DNA of 64,000 bases from a virus, in UHGV virus genome UHGV-1375844. The stretch is one strand, 5' to 3'. The notes under the pieces were generated by a model. That model made no database searches and was not told the DNA's origin. It worked only from the letters and a program-made list of their open reading frames with translations. Positions 25,682 through 35,637 of the stretch are shown one piece after another. Made by a program: the position numbers and the translations under genes. The stretch's first letter is position 1. The number at the start of each line of letters is the position of its first letter.

Positions 25682-28600
25682 TATCTGTTCTCCTTGATTT
25701 CACGGATTTCGTCACGCAGCTCTTTCACCGCTTCGACCAGCAGTCCAATGACGCCGTTATAGTTCAGACGCAGACGCTCTTCCCCGGATTGGTCATTTTT
25801 ATCAACCGTTACCAGTTCTGGCTGTACCTTCTGAACATCCTGAGCGATCAGGCCACCAGACTGCTCGTATCGATCATGTACCTGAATCTCATACAGAACC
25901 CCTTCAATCTGCCCCAGCTTGTCGAGTGCGCTCTCGATTTTGCGGATATTCCGCTTACTTCTACGGTCAGAACGGATATATACGTCGTTGAAGCTACCAT
26001 TACCGCCACATACCCAAGTGCCATCGTTTTGCAGATATGCCTGGGCATCCGTACCGTTGGCCGTCCGTGAGTTGTTGATCATGTAAAAACCAAACTGGCT
26101 GTTACCCAGACCGCCGACGAAAAACTTACGATCGGCATGATCTTGTCTCAACAACGCTTGGGCCGAGCTGGTTGACACGGCATTCCGTCCAAAAATAACG
26201 TTCTGATCACGCATGTTAATCCACGAGCCAGAGCCGCTATTGATGGCGAAGCGACCTGCGTAGACCCACGCACTTGAAGTAATGTCTCCTGACACAGAAA
26301 GGGGCTTATTGCTTTGCAACGTCCCGTTGACGAATCGGAACACATGAGCGCTATTGGCGTAGACATCCAGTACGCCATCCCCATTTTGCTTAAACCCGGT
26401 ATCGTTATCTCCCAGAACAATAGAGTTCCCACCTAATCCATTCGTTACGCCTAAACCGAGGCTGCCGGCAATAGTTGCGCCACCAGCGATATCAAGGCCG
26501 TTAGCCATCGACGCACGACCAGAAGTGTTGTTAATGGTCAGCGGTCGAAGGCCGTTCCATCCACCAAACTTGTCGCCTGATGCCGTTAAAAGGAAATAGG
26601 TGCTGCTGCCATCGTTTCGGATGAAGAAGCCAAAGTTACCGTAAGCAGCTCGCAGAGCATTGGCGCTTAATGAGGTGATCTCATTTCTTGCACGAACACC
26701 ATATCCAGTGTTGATAATGAGTTCCTCTTGCGCGTCAGTATTCCCTGTCGCCCAACGGATAGTTCCACCCTGAACCGTCTCGTGCCAGATTGTGTCGCTA
26801 CTTCCCCCGCGGTATTTGCGGAGATATTTCTTACCCCCTGTCGTGCCTCCACATAAAGCGGTGGCCATGTACGTGCCCTGGGCGCCGCCATCCTGATTAA
26901 TGGTTCCGGTAACTGCTCCACCGCCTGTAGGGAGTGCCCCAACCTCAGCGGCGCTCGGTTTGTTAGCCGTGGTGTAGATCTGCGCCCAACCAGACCAATT
27001 GGCGTCAGTGGTATCACGACGAGAGCGGATGTAAGCTGGGGCATGGCCACCGCTGGTGCCACTCCAGCCGAGTAACAACTCGCCTTCGCCTGCAGCAGAC
27101 CCTCCTTTAAAATGAAGAACGTTGCCGTAAGTTGTTGGATAGCCGTTGTTGTAGGCTTCATACATCTGGATACCCGGCATGGCCCCCTGCGTACTTCCGG
27201 CCAGCGCGGTAACGCGACCGCGAGATACCAGAGTAGGGATGCTGATATTCGCGGTACCATCAAAAGCGACATTGTTGATCGATCTTGCCGTCTGCAATTT
27301 GCTCGCTGAGACCGCATTAGCACCTGAAGCAAGAGCGCCAATATCGGCAGGCGTTGGCTTATTACGGGTGTTATATAAGCGACGCCAGCCTGGTCCATAG
27401 CCGTCACCATTATTTACGTAAATAAACTCGGCGTTAGTTACCCCACCATGACCTGTCGTCGTTGGTGTGGTAATGCGGATCGTGTAGTTACCTGAGTTTC
27501 CATTGCTGAAAACTTCAATAACTGAACCAGAGAGATCAATCCTGCCGCATCCAGTGTCGTCAATGTAGTTATTGCTGGCGTAAGACCATGAGCAACGCGC
27601 GATCCAACATTTATACCCAAAAGCACCTTGTTCATTAAGCCAGGTAACAAACTGAGCTGTGGTAAAGGCCGCACCACTGCCACTATTCAGCCAACCACTA
27701 ACTGCTGCCGCAGCATTGATGTTTGCCGGGCTAATGTTAATGTCAGAAGAACCGTCGAAGTTTACACCTGCGATTTTACGTGCGGTTTGTAGCTTAGTTG
27801 CAGTCGCTGCGTTGCCTGTCGTGCTTTGATTTCCCTGGGTGTTAACACCAGGCAAGTTGATATCGGCGGAACCGTCAAAATTCACCCCACCAATTTTTCG
27901 GGGCGTCCTGAGCTTGCTGGCCGTACCCGCATTCCCTGATGTTGACTGGTTCCCCTCGGCATTCACACCCGGAAGATTGATGTCCTGGCTGCCATCGAAC
28001 AGCACCCCACCAATACGACGTCCCGTCTGGAGTACCGTCGCAGTACTCGCATTGCCCACCAGTGAGCCTGTAATAGCACCATTGATGTCTGAAAGTACTC
28101 GATGATATACCGTTCCCTCTACGGCGCCTTCAGGCAACGAGTCAACCGATTCGATCACTTCCAGCGATTCAACCGCGGCGCCGGAGAATTGCAGGTTCAC
28201 AATTAACTTTTGAGCGCCCGCGCCCACGCGAAGGTAGATGTCGTAATTTTCTTCGTCGGTATTAACGGTGGCCACGCTATTTACAGCGGAGTCCTGCGTT
28301 AAATAGGCAACAGCATTGAGACCTTTGGGATCGCCCCCCGCTGTGCGAAGAACAATGTCAGCCATCGCAGCCTGGCCTGGGCTATCGGTATCATAGCCAG
28401 CGCCACCGATCACTTCGATGTAGACAGTGCTGGTCGCTTGCGGCATACGCGCACGCGAGACTTTTACCCACTTGGGCGTATCAGAGGTCAAGTCCAGTTC
28501 GGCGGACGTACCTTTCCATTTCACGCTGGCGATACTGGACTGCGCATTCTGCGCATATTCGTATGCCTTGTCCTCAGACGCTTTCGCTTTCGTCTGGGAT

Positions 28601-29880
28601 GCTTTGGCCTCAGCTGCCGAAGTCGAGGCCTCGGACGCTTTTGCTGTCGCGAGTGTGGCCGACTCAGCGGCTTCTGTTGCCTTTGCTTCAATACCTGCCA
28701 GCGCGTCAGTTGCGGTGGTCGCAGATGCGGCTGCGCTTGCCTCAGACTTCTTCGCTTCGCCAGCACTTGATGCAGCTGCATCTTTGCTGGCCTCTGCCGC
28801 ATCAGCATATTCGCCAGCTGTAGTGGCGCTCCCCGCCGCCGCGTCAGCGCTTAAACCGGCAGCCACTTTACTCGCGGCGGCGGCTGTTTCCGAGGCGGCA
28901 GCGTTGGTTTCAGACACTTTAGCCGCGGCAGCGCTGGCGGCCGACCCGTCGGCGCTCTGCGCCGCGTTTGTTTCAGATGTTTTGGCTGCGTTCTGAGATG
29001 CAAGTGCGGCAGCTGCACTACCCGCTGCTGCGTTTTCCGATGCGGCGGCATTGCTCTCAGAAACTTCAGCAGCCGCAGCGGAATTAGATGCTGCGGTCGC
29101 AGAATCCGCAGCAGAGACAGCGCTGCCAGCAGCGTTAGTTTCTGAGGCTTTCGCGGCATTTTTGGACGCTGCGGCACTCGAAGCAGATGCCCCTGCTTCG
29201 GCGGCTTTCTCCGTTGCGGTGGCAGCTGAAGCTACAGCAGTCTCTTTATAGCTTTCTGCATTCGTTTCGGAGGTCTTTGCACCCTTAGCGGCTTCGCTGG
29301 CAACGCTTTCGGATGCAGCAGCTGCGGCAGCACTTTTACTGGCCTCAGTCGCCTTTGTTCCGGCAGTGCTTGCGCTATTGGCAGCTGCTGCTGCGCTGGC
29401 GGCTGCCTGTTTAGCTTTGTCACCCGCGGCATCGATTGCATCCGTATTGTCTCTGTACCATTGCTGGTTGGCATTGTGCTCATTGACGATTTGGGTGAGC
29501 GATTTGACTGTCACCTCAGTGCCGTCCTCGCGTTCGAGTGTCACTTCATCAATGGCAGTTAACCAGCTTCGCATTGTCTTCGAGTCGGCTGACATTCGAG
29601 TCATCAATGCCGTGAAGCGAGCACTGAACTGTGTCAGATCGCCTTCATAGGTAGTGATGATGCGGCATGGGACATCATTCTGGGTCTCACCCGAGTACTG
29701 CTCCATAAGTGTCAGGCGGGTGTCATTTAGCACACGCTTAATTTCGTACAGCTTGTTATCGGGGCCGATGACAATCATGCCCGGCAACACGCCATTGGCA
29801 GTGACGTTCCAAAACGTGCCAGTGCCCTCAAGCGTGTCACTTCCCTGTGTAAATGTGATAGTACCTTCCCTGTACCACAT
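25681..29880 (-). CDS. L-shaped tail fibre-like protein with C-terminal intramolecular chaperone (peptidase S74-like)
   Basis: 1399 aa; ~290-aa Ala/Ser-rich low-complexity repeat region; C-terminus ...IRSDRRSKRNIRKIESALDKLGQIEGVLYEI... resembles the self-cleaving chaperone domain of T5 pb1 and endosialidases. Confidence 0.75.
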   Translation of the reverse strand: MWYREGTITFTQGSDTLEGTGTFWNVTANGVLPGMIVIGPDNKLYEIKRVLNDTRLTLMEQYSGETQNDVPCRIITTYEGDLTQFSARFTALMTRMSADSKTMRSWLTAIDEVTLEREDGTEVTVKSLTQIVNEHNANQQWYRDNTDAIDAAGDKAKQAAASAAAAANSASTAGTKATEASKSAAAAAASESVASEAAKGAKTSETNAESYKETAVASAATATEKAAEAGASASSAAASKNAAKASETNAAGSAVSAADSATAASNSAAAAEVSESNAAASENAAAGSAAAALASQNAAKTSETNAAQSADGSAASAAAAKVSETNAAASETAAAASKVAAGLSADAAAGSATTAGEYADAAEASKDAAASSAGEAKKSEASAAASATTATDALAGIEAKATEAAESATLATAKASEASTSAAEAKASQTKAKASEDKAYEYAQNAQSSIASVKWKGTSAELDLTSDTPKWVKVSRARMPQATSTVYIEVIGGAGYDTDSPGQAAMADIVLRTAGGDPKGLNAVAYLTQDSAVNSVATVNTDEENYDIYLRVGAGAQKLIVNLQFSGAAVESLEVIESVDSLPEGAVEGTVYHRVLSDINGAITGSLVGNASTATVLQTGRRIGGVLFDGSQDINLPGVNAEGNQSTSGNAGTASKLRTPRKIGGVNFDGSADINLPGVNTQGNQSTTGNAATATKLQTARKIAGVNFDGSSDINISPANINAAAAVSGWLNSGSGAAFTTAQFVTWLNEQGAFGYKCWIARCSWSYASNNYIDDTGCGRIDLSGSVIEVFSNGNSGNYTIRITTPTTTGHGGVTNAEFIYVNNGDGYGPGWRRLYNTRNKPTPADIGALASGANAVSASKLQTARSINNVAFDGTANISIPTLVSRGRVTALAGSTQGAMPGIQMYEAYNNGYPTTYGNVLHFKGGSAAGEGELLLGWSGTSGGHAPAYIRSRRDTTDANWSGWAQIYTTANKPSAAEVGALPTGGGAVTGTINQDGGAQGTYMATALCGGTTGGKKYLRKYRGGSSDTIWHETVQGGTIRWATGNTDAQEELIINTGYGVRARNEITSLSANALRAAYGNFGFFIRNDGSSTYFLLTASGDKFGGWNGLRPLTINNTSGRASMANGLDIAGGATIAGSLGLGVTNGLGGNSIVLGDNDTGFKQNGDGVLDVYANSAHVFRFVNGTLQSNKPLSVSGDITSSAWVYAGRFAINSGSGSWINMRDQNVIFGRNAVSTSSAQALLRQDHADRKFFVGGLGNSQFGFYMINNSRTANGTDAQAYLQNDGTWVCGGNGSFNDVYIRSDRRSKRNIRKIESALDKLGQIEGVLYEIQVHDRYEQSGGLIAQDVQKVQPELVTVDKNDQSGEERLRLNYNGVIGLLVEAVKELRDEIREIKENR
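28560..29430. repeat. Low-complexity Ala-rich repeat-coding DNA within the L-shaped fibre gene
   Basis: Reiterated A-S-E-T-N-A-A-like units; produces spurious long ORFs on the opposite strand. Confidence 0.6.
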
Positions 29881-29917
29881 ATTCGCTCCTTGAAAGGACG
29901 GGCATCCTTGCCCGTCA

Positions 29918-29937
29918 TTAAGTAAGTACCTACTTAT
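29918..29937. repeat. Intergenic palindrome family, copy
   Basis: ttaagtaagtacctacttat; adjacent 7-bp-stem hairpin gacgggc-atcctt-gcccgtc (29896-29916). Confidence 0.6.
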
Positions 29938-29967
29938 TTTTACCGATATAAAGAAATATTTCTACTA

Positions 29968-32900
29968 TCAAAGCAAGCCAATGCGCACCCGGAGAACATT
30001 GTTGTCATCATAAACATCAATGCGCTGACCATTAATGACCAAACGACCGTTGCCACCGCTGTTGCCGTTAATCTCCAGAACTCCGTTTTTGCCAAACCGC
30101 CACCCAGAGCGCCCGGAAACAAAATTCGTAGACTGGAGATCGCCCACTTTGGCATTGGTAATCGTGCCATCCTTGATATAGGCGCCATTCATGTAAGCAA
30201 TGCTGTTTTCAACCACGAACGGCGTTGTAACCTTCCCGTTCACTGAGTTCACCAATCCAAAACGGTCGGCTTGAACAAGGAATTGAGACAGGCCAGTGCT
30301 GTCGATCCCCAGCGCGATGCCGGCAACATACTTCTGCCCGCCGCTGGTGGATGTCTCCATCTTAAGTGTCCAAGCTGTAGAGACCTTTTTATTGGTATCT
30401 GCAATAGCTGTCGCCTGTTGCCTAATCGTTGCAGAGTTACCGTCAACAGAGGCTTTTAGCGTGTCGATACGTGACCCCAACGCCCCATCAGCATTAGCCC
30501 TGGCGTTCGCCTCGGACGTAATCGCTGCATTAATGTCCTTGCCAGTCTGGGCTTTCAGGCTTGTGATCTGCCCGGCCAGCGCCGAATCGGCATCAGTACG
30601 AGCTTTAGTCTCAGTAGCAACCGCTGCTTTGATGTCCTGTGCAGTCTGGGCCTTTAACGTGCTGATCTGGGTTGCCAGTGCGCTATCCGCGTCAGTACGC
30701 GCTTTCGTTTCACTGGCAACTGCCGCCTTAATATCCTCCCCCGTCTGAGCCTTGAGGCTGGTAATTTGTTTGGATAATGCCTCATCCCCTGAAGCTCGTG
30801 CGGTCTGCTCTTCCGTAAGAGCCGCACTAATGTCACCTTCTACCTTCGCCTGCAGTGACGTAATCTGCCTGGAAAGCGATTCATCCGCAGTCGCTCGGGC
30901 CTCCTGCTCAGAAACAATGGCCGCAGAAATATCATCATTGATCTGGGCTTCCAGCTTGGTGATTTGTGTTGCGATCGCCTTATCAGCTTCAACACGAGCT
31001 GTCGTCTCTTCGGTAATAGATGCCCGGATGTCCTCACCAATCTCTGCGCGGATCTCTTCCACTTTGGAGGCCATCGCAGACATATCGTCAGCAAAGGTCT
31101 TTTGAGTGGTGGCGATCTTCGCATTATTGACCATCTGCTTATGCTGGTCTTCGTCCTGTCGCAGTGCGAGGTCGATGTTGGTTTTGGCCAATGCCTCGAT
31201 ATTAGTCGTCACTTCCGCGCTGGCACGTTCGACTTCGGCAACGGTCTTTTTCATCTCTTCGACAGCGGCTACGCTATCATCGACAGAAGACTTAATCGCC
31301 TCGATCTGTTTGGCGTTCGCCTTGTCACCCTCTACTCTGGCCTCTCGCTCTTCAGCAATTAAGGCAGATGAATTGTCCAGGGCCGCTTGAGCCGCTTCAA
31401 CCGCGCCGGCCACTGCTTTGCCCTGTTCAGACACAGTCTCCTGCAATTCAACCAGGGCGGCGTTTGAGTCTTCGACTTGACTCAGCGCCTCGTTAACCTT
31501 ATCGAGCGTGCCAGACACCTCTGTTTTCAGGTCATTCTGGGCCTGCTCAAGTCTGTCGCTGGTCTCTGACAGCTTCCCGTCCAGATCGGAAACAGACTGG
31601 TCGAGTTCTTTGAGGCTTTCCTCCATCTGCTTATTGATAGCGTCAACGGCTTCTTGAGAGGCTTTGGTGTCAATTTCCTCCAACAGTTCCTGCCCCAGCT
31701 CAGAAGACGTGATCTTACCTGTCAGGAAAGAAAGCACGTCTTTCGTCATAGCCTCTGTACCCAGATTAGAGTTAGGCGGACTTAACATGCCTCGTTTATT
31801 GGCTGCACGTACCCAATAGAACCAGGTCTCGCTATCCCCTAAACCCGCATGGGTAAAGGTCGTGCTGGCCGACTCAGCGATCAGCTTGGCTGTGTCCAGA
31901 TTGTTAGTCTGGGATGCATATACGTTGATATGGTCGAGGTCGATTGAGTCTGGGTTTACCCAATTCAAAATCACATTTCGGTAGTCGCCAACGGCCGTCA
32001 AAGCAGTCGGGGCGTCAGGCGGAGTCATCGTTCCCTGCACTTTGTATACGGTGCTGATAATCTCCGTCTTCTTACCGCTAAACGACACTGCGTACAGCTG
32101 GATGTCGTACTGCCCGTTTTCAGCAATATTGATGATCTCATATTGCTCTTCCGTTACGCGTGCCGACTGCCAGTTAGAAACGTTGTTAGCATCAGAACGT
32201 CGCCAGCTGATCCAGTATTCAGCAGATTTACCTTCCCACGTAGCAATGAGCTTGATTGAAAGGTTGCCCGGGCTGGAAATATACGTCCCTTCCGTAACCT
32301 GCAAATTTGTCGGCTTCGAGAAAGTCGGGTCAAGAACAGTATTGTTTTCCGGAATCAACGTCGCCCCGTTGTCGATGGCTTCGTATTTCGATGGGTTGTT
32401 CTGGACAACCGTAACATCGAAAGATCCCTGGGCATCACCTTGCGCAACGTTAATAACACGCACACGCATTGGCTCCAGATCTGGCTCGGTGATAGTCCAG
32501 ACGCCGTTCAACACAGGCATATCGCCTGACGACAGCGATTTTGAGAAGGTAACTTTGGTAAGGTTCTCACCGGTCTCAAGAATGTCTCTCTCGACGATTT
32601 TACCTTCCTGATTCATGACACGGATGTAGCTGCCGCCTTTCTTCAGCGTTACCGGCGCATCGAGCGTGATGCTGTTCTTGTTGAACGCCATAATGCGCCC
32701 GGAATTGCGTTTGCCGGCGCGATATTTGTTCTGAATCAGAACAGTCTCGCCAGGCATTAAGAAAGAGGCATCCAGACCTGCAGTAAAGGTGATTACGTCA
32801 GATTCCATGCGAGCGGTATACAGGAGCCACAGCCCGACTCGATGCGCCTGGCCACGACTGGTGCAGCCAAACGCCACGACTTCAGTTTTGCGCTCGCCAT

Positions 32901-34251
32901 AGCGACGCATCGCCTCCTGGTCTTCAACGTATTCGATGTTCTGCTTATAGCCATCTTCCTTGTTGTTGTAGGTTACAAGTGCAACGGAAGGACGGTCTTT
33001 GCGAGCAGATCCTTTGTAGCTGAATAAACCATCTTTGACGTTGGCATTAGTGAACATCATTACCGGATCAGATGGGCTATCCTGCATGACATTAACCATA
33101 CCACCAGCCCAGAAAACCATACCGCGGAACGCTCCAGCGATGTCCTGAATCAGTCGGTAAGCGTCCTGTCGGCTCGTGATCTGAGTGTTGATAGCGAAGC
33201 GTTTTTCTTTACCGCCGAAACCATCGTCGATCTCTTCATCGCAATAGCGGCCAATTTGGTAGAGCTGCCCCAGGTCGATCATGGATTCGGAAACGAACTG
33301 CCCGAGGCCGTAACGTGCGTTTGTCAGTACGTCGAAAAGAATCCACGCCGGGTTCGAAGATGACAACAGCTTAAAGGTGCCATCCCAGATGCCTTCATAG
33401 GTGTTAGTTTTTTCGTTGTAGTTTGACGGCACACGAATTTTTAAACCGCGAACCAGATACGAACGAGAAGGCATAGAACTACCAAACTGCTCGGAGTTAA
33501 CCTTAAGCCCCACCAGAGCGGAGTTCGGGTAGTTCATTGGCGTATCAACGATCTCACCGATCGAGTCAACCCAGGTGTCGTTATACAGATACTGAGTTTT
33601 ACTGTCGTCAGTAAGCCGGATGACGCGAACCTTATATGCCCGGCCAGGTTTCGGCAGCTTCAGCTCATAGCTGCGGTAGTAAACGCCTGTTTTCTTCGCT
33701 GTCAGCGCGATCTCAACGTTTTTCTCTCCTTCGGCAACCACGTCAGAGAATGTTCCGTCGCCGTTGGCGATCTGAAACTTGTACTGGACGGTCGTACCAT
33801 TGGTATCCCCGGATTTTTTATCCACGCTACGCAATGAAGGAAACTTGAGGATGACGCGAACGCGATCGGCTTCGTCGTTGTCGATGGAGACCGTAACGTC
33901 ATGCGTTTTTTTCAACTGAATGTTGATGGACTTCGGCGTCTCGACGAAATCAAAACCGGCCATAGGCGTCTGGTCTTGCGAGCCATCGCGAAAATCCCAT
34001 GTAATGCCGCTGTAGTTTGCAGAGCCGTCTTCGTTGAGGATCGGCAGATCGTCGATAAAAATCGACTTCGCGCCATCTACCAAGCCACCAATAACACCTT
34101 CCCCGAGCAGATCGAGGATGGATGCCATAGCACGCGAGTTAACGGTATCATCCGCTTCAACCGGTGTGCGGCTTGAGCCACTGCTTTTCTTACCGCCTGC
34201 ACCTGCGATCAGGAGAGGAAGTCTTTTCTTCTTGAACTGTTCCATGTTCAA
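29968..34251 (-). CDS. Central tail fibre / host-specificity protein, lambda J-like
   Basis: 1427 aa; follows the I-like gene in lambda order; C-terminal tandem ~32-aa coiled repeats. Confidence 0.75.
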   Translation of the reverse strand: MNMEQFKKKRLPLLIAGAGGKKSSGSSRTPVEADDTVNSRAMASILDLLGEGVIGGLVDGAKSIFIDDLPILNEDGSANYSGITWDFRDGSQDQTPMAGFDFVETPKSINIQLKKTHDVTVSIDNDEADRVRVILKFPSLRSVDKKSGDTNGTTVQYKFQIANGDGTFSDVVAEGEKNVEIALTAKKTGVYYRSYELKLPKPGRAYKVRVIRLTDDSKTQYLYNDTWVDSIGEIVDTPMNYPNSALVGLKVNSEQFGSSMPSRSYLVRGLKIRVPSNYNEKTNTYEGIWDGTFKLLSSSNPAWILFDVLTNARYGLGQFVSESMIDLGQLYQIGRYCDEEIDDGFGGKEKRFAINTQITSRQDAYRLIQDIAGAFRGMVFWAGGMVNVMQDSPSDPVMMFTNANVKDGLFSYKGSARKDRPSVALVTYNNKEDGYKQNIEYVEDQEAMRRYGERKTEVVAFGCTSRGQAHRVGLWLLYTARMESDVITFTAGLDASFLMPGETVLIQNKYRAGKRNSGRIMAFNKNSITLDAPVTLKKGGSYIRVMNQEGKIVERDILETGENLTKVTFSKSLSSGDMPVLNGVWTITEPDLEPMRVRVINVAQGDAQGSFDVTVVQNNPSKYEAIDNGATLIPENNTVLDPTFSKPTNLQVTEGTYISSPGNLSIKLIATWEGKSAEYWISWRRSDANNVSNWQSARVTEEQYEIINIAENGQYDIQLYAVSFSGKKTEIISTVYKVQGTMTPPDAPTALTAVGDYRNVILNWVNPDSIDLDHINVYASQTNNLDTAKLIAESASTTFTHAGLGDSETWFYWVRAANKRGMLSPPNSNLGTEAMTKDVLSFLTGKITSSELGQELLEEIDTKASQEAVDAINKQMEESLKELDQSVSDLDGKLSETSDRLEQAQNDLKTEVSGTLDKVNEALSQVEDSNAALVELQETVSEQGKAVAGAVEAAQAALDNSSALIAEEREARVEGDKANAKQIEAIKSSVDDSVAAVEEMKKTVAEVERASAEVTTNIEALAKTNIDLALRQDEDQHKQMVNNAKIATTQKTFADDMSAMASKVEEIRAEIGEDIRASITEETTARVEADKAIATQITKLEAQINDDISAAIVSEQEARATADESLSRQITSLQAKVEGDISAALTEEQTARASGDEALSKQITSLKAQTGEDIKAAVASETKARTDADSALATQISTLKAQTAQDIKAAVATETKARTDADSALAGQITSLKAQTGKDINAAITSEANARANADGALGSRIDTLKASVDGNSATIRQQATAIADTNKKVSTAWTLKMETSTSGGQKYVAGIALGIDSTGLSQFLVQADRFGLVNSVNGKVTTPFVVENSIAYMNGAYIKDGTITNAKVGDLQSTNFVSGRSGWRFGKNGVLEINGNSGGNGRLVINGQRIDVYDDNNVLRVRIGLL
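30260..31000. repeat. Tandem ~96-bp coding repeats in the J-like gene
   Basis: Protein units of type ITSLKAQTGEDIKAAVASETKARTDADSALATQ repeated at least 4 times. Confidence 0.6.
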
Positions 34252-34261
34252 AAATCCCTTA

Positions 34262-34852
34262 TTACATAAGCTGGTCGATAGTGATTGAAGAACTCACAAC
34301 CTGCGAACCAACCAAAATTTCTTCTCCGTAGATGAGCTGCACCGGATTGCCCTGATTGGTGGTGTTTTGCGGCCCATCGAAATAAAACGAGTTGGAATTG
34401 TCTGCCTGCCGAACGCTATCGTTCGTAGCCTGTGGGGAGATCAGCTGCGCCACCCCCCCCATCATCAGAGACAATCCCAACGGTGCTAGGGCGGGAACCC
34501 AGATTGAGGCAACTAGCAGGACTGCGCCGACAACGGTCTGAAACCACCCAAATGCAGAGCCGCCGCTACCGCGAGGAACTGGCGTGATGCGGATCTTCGC
34601 GATGTTTTCAGACTGCCCCATCATCTGGTACTCACCTTCGTCGACAGACCATTTGTGGCCTTGTTTGTTGGTGATCTGGATGTGGTAACTGTCATATCGT
34701 TTAATGTTGCGCTTCATCCAGGCTTTAAATCCCGGTCGGTTTGCGTCGATTAAATCCAGCGCCTGCTTGGTATTACGCACCTTCAAATGCCAGTGGCGGC
34801 CAAAGTGTTTGGCCATCGGGCCGCCAAGTTGAACATGAACTAACTCAGACAC
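34262..34852 (-). CDS. Tail assembly protein, lambda I-like
   Basis: C-terminal GGSAFGWFQTVVGAVLLVASIWVPALAPLGLSLMMGG hydrophobic segment; lambda gene order. Confidence 0.65.
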   Translation of the reverse strand: MSELVHVQLGGPMAKHFGRHWHLKVRNTKQALDLIDANRPGFKAWMKRNIKRYDSYHIQITNKQGHKWSVDEGEYQMMGQSENIAKIRITPVPRGSGGSAFGWFQTVVGAVLLVASIWVPALAPLGLSLMMGGVAQLISPQATNDSVRQADNSNSFYFDGPQNTTNQGNPVQLIYGEEILVGSQVVSSSITIDQLM

Positions 34853-35637
34853 GTCTCATCTCCCTTGAGTAAGTCTCTATGACGCAGGTGATGCGTCGTA
34901 TGTTTCTGGTACATTCCTCCGTAATAAGCCCGGCAGCTAAGACGGTCGATTTGGTGATGGAGAATCATTCCCTCTCCGATATAGACCGCGCAGTGATCAG
35001 GCATCTTCCCGTACTGGATGAAGAAGATGTCTCCTGGCTGTGGTTCCGTCCCTGGTGCCAGGCGCACTAACCCTTCTTTGCGATAGTTCTGATCAAGAAT
35101 GTCGTTGTCGCCCGTGTACCACGATGGAATGTGCAAATGAGCATTGGGGTTAAGGTCGACGCCGAACTCGCGCTTAAGGTAGTCGCGGCACAACATCCAG
35201 CAATCGAAAACGCCAAACACATACGGCCGGCCTACATAGGGCATTTCGAAGCCATCCGGGGTGATCACGTTCATCTCGCTAAAGTGGAAAGAAGCATCCC
35301 CCTCAACATTCTTGCGAACAGCCAGAATCATCCACGGTACCTCCGTGGCTTCGCAGCCTGCACGATCGGCATCTGACGCTTCCGCAGACTCATCAGTATG
35401 TGAATGCCAGATAGCAATCACCTCGCCTGCATCTTCTGCGGCCATGATGTCGTCGACGTGCATAACGAAAGTGTTTTGCGGGTTTTCCGACACGTTCCGA
35501 GCTTCCATAAAGCGATATTTATCGCCATGAGTACGCACCAGAAAGCCACACGCTTCGTTAGGGTAGCGATTGATGGCGCAGAGATAGATTTGCTGCATAA
35601 CGTCCGAACCAAGTTCAGGGAGCGCTTTATTACCCAT
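34840..35637 (-). CDS. Tail tip protein, lambda K-like (MPN/JAB + NlpC/P60-like)
   Basis: AIWHSHTDESAEASDAD JAB-type metal site; Cys-containing FDCWMLCRDY segment; lambda gene order. Confidence 0.7.
   Translation of the reverse strand: MGNKALPELGSDVMQQIYLCAINRYPNEACGFLVRTHGDKYRFMEARNVSENPQNTFVMHVDDIMAAEDAGEVIAIWHSHTDESAEASDADRAGCEATEVPWMILAVRKNVEGDASFHFSEMNVITPDGFEMPYVGRPYVFGVFDCWMLCRDYLKREFGVDLNPNAHLHIPSWYTGDNDILDQNYRKEGLVRLAPGTEPQPGDIFFIQYGKMPDHCAVYIGEGMILHHQIDRLSCRAYYGGMYQKHTTHHLRHRDLLKGDETCLS

Noticed and set aside
28427-29251. Long plus-strand ORFs (28427..28996, 28438..28770, 28563..28823, 29051..29251) and extra minus-strand frames (28521..28808, 28851..29177) inside the L-shaped fibre gene
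   Set aside because: They are alternative frames of the Ala-rich repeat DNA: low-complexity translations (runs of A, L, R, P), no RBS, fully overlapped by the 1399-aa fibre gene
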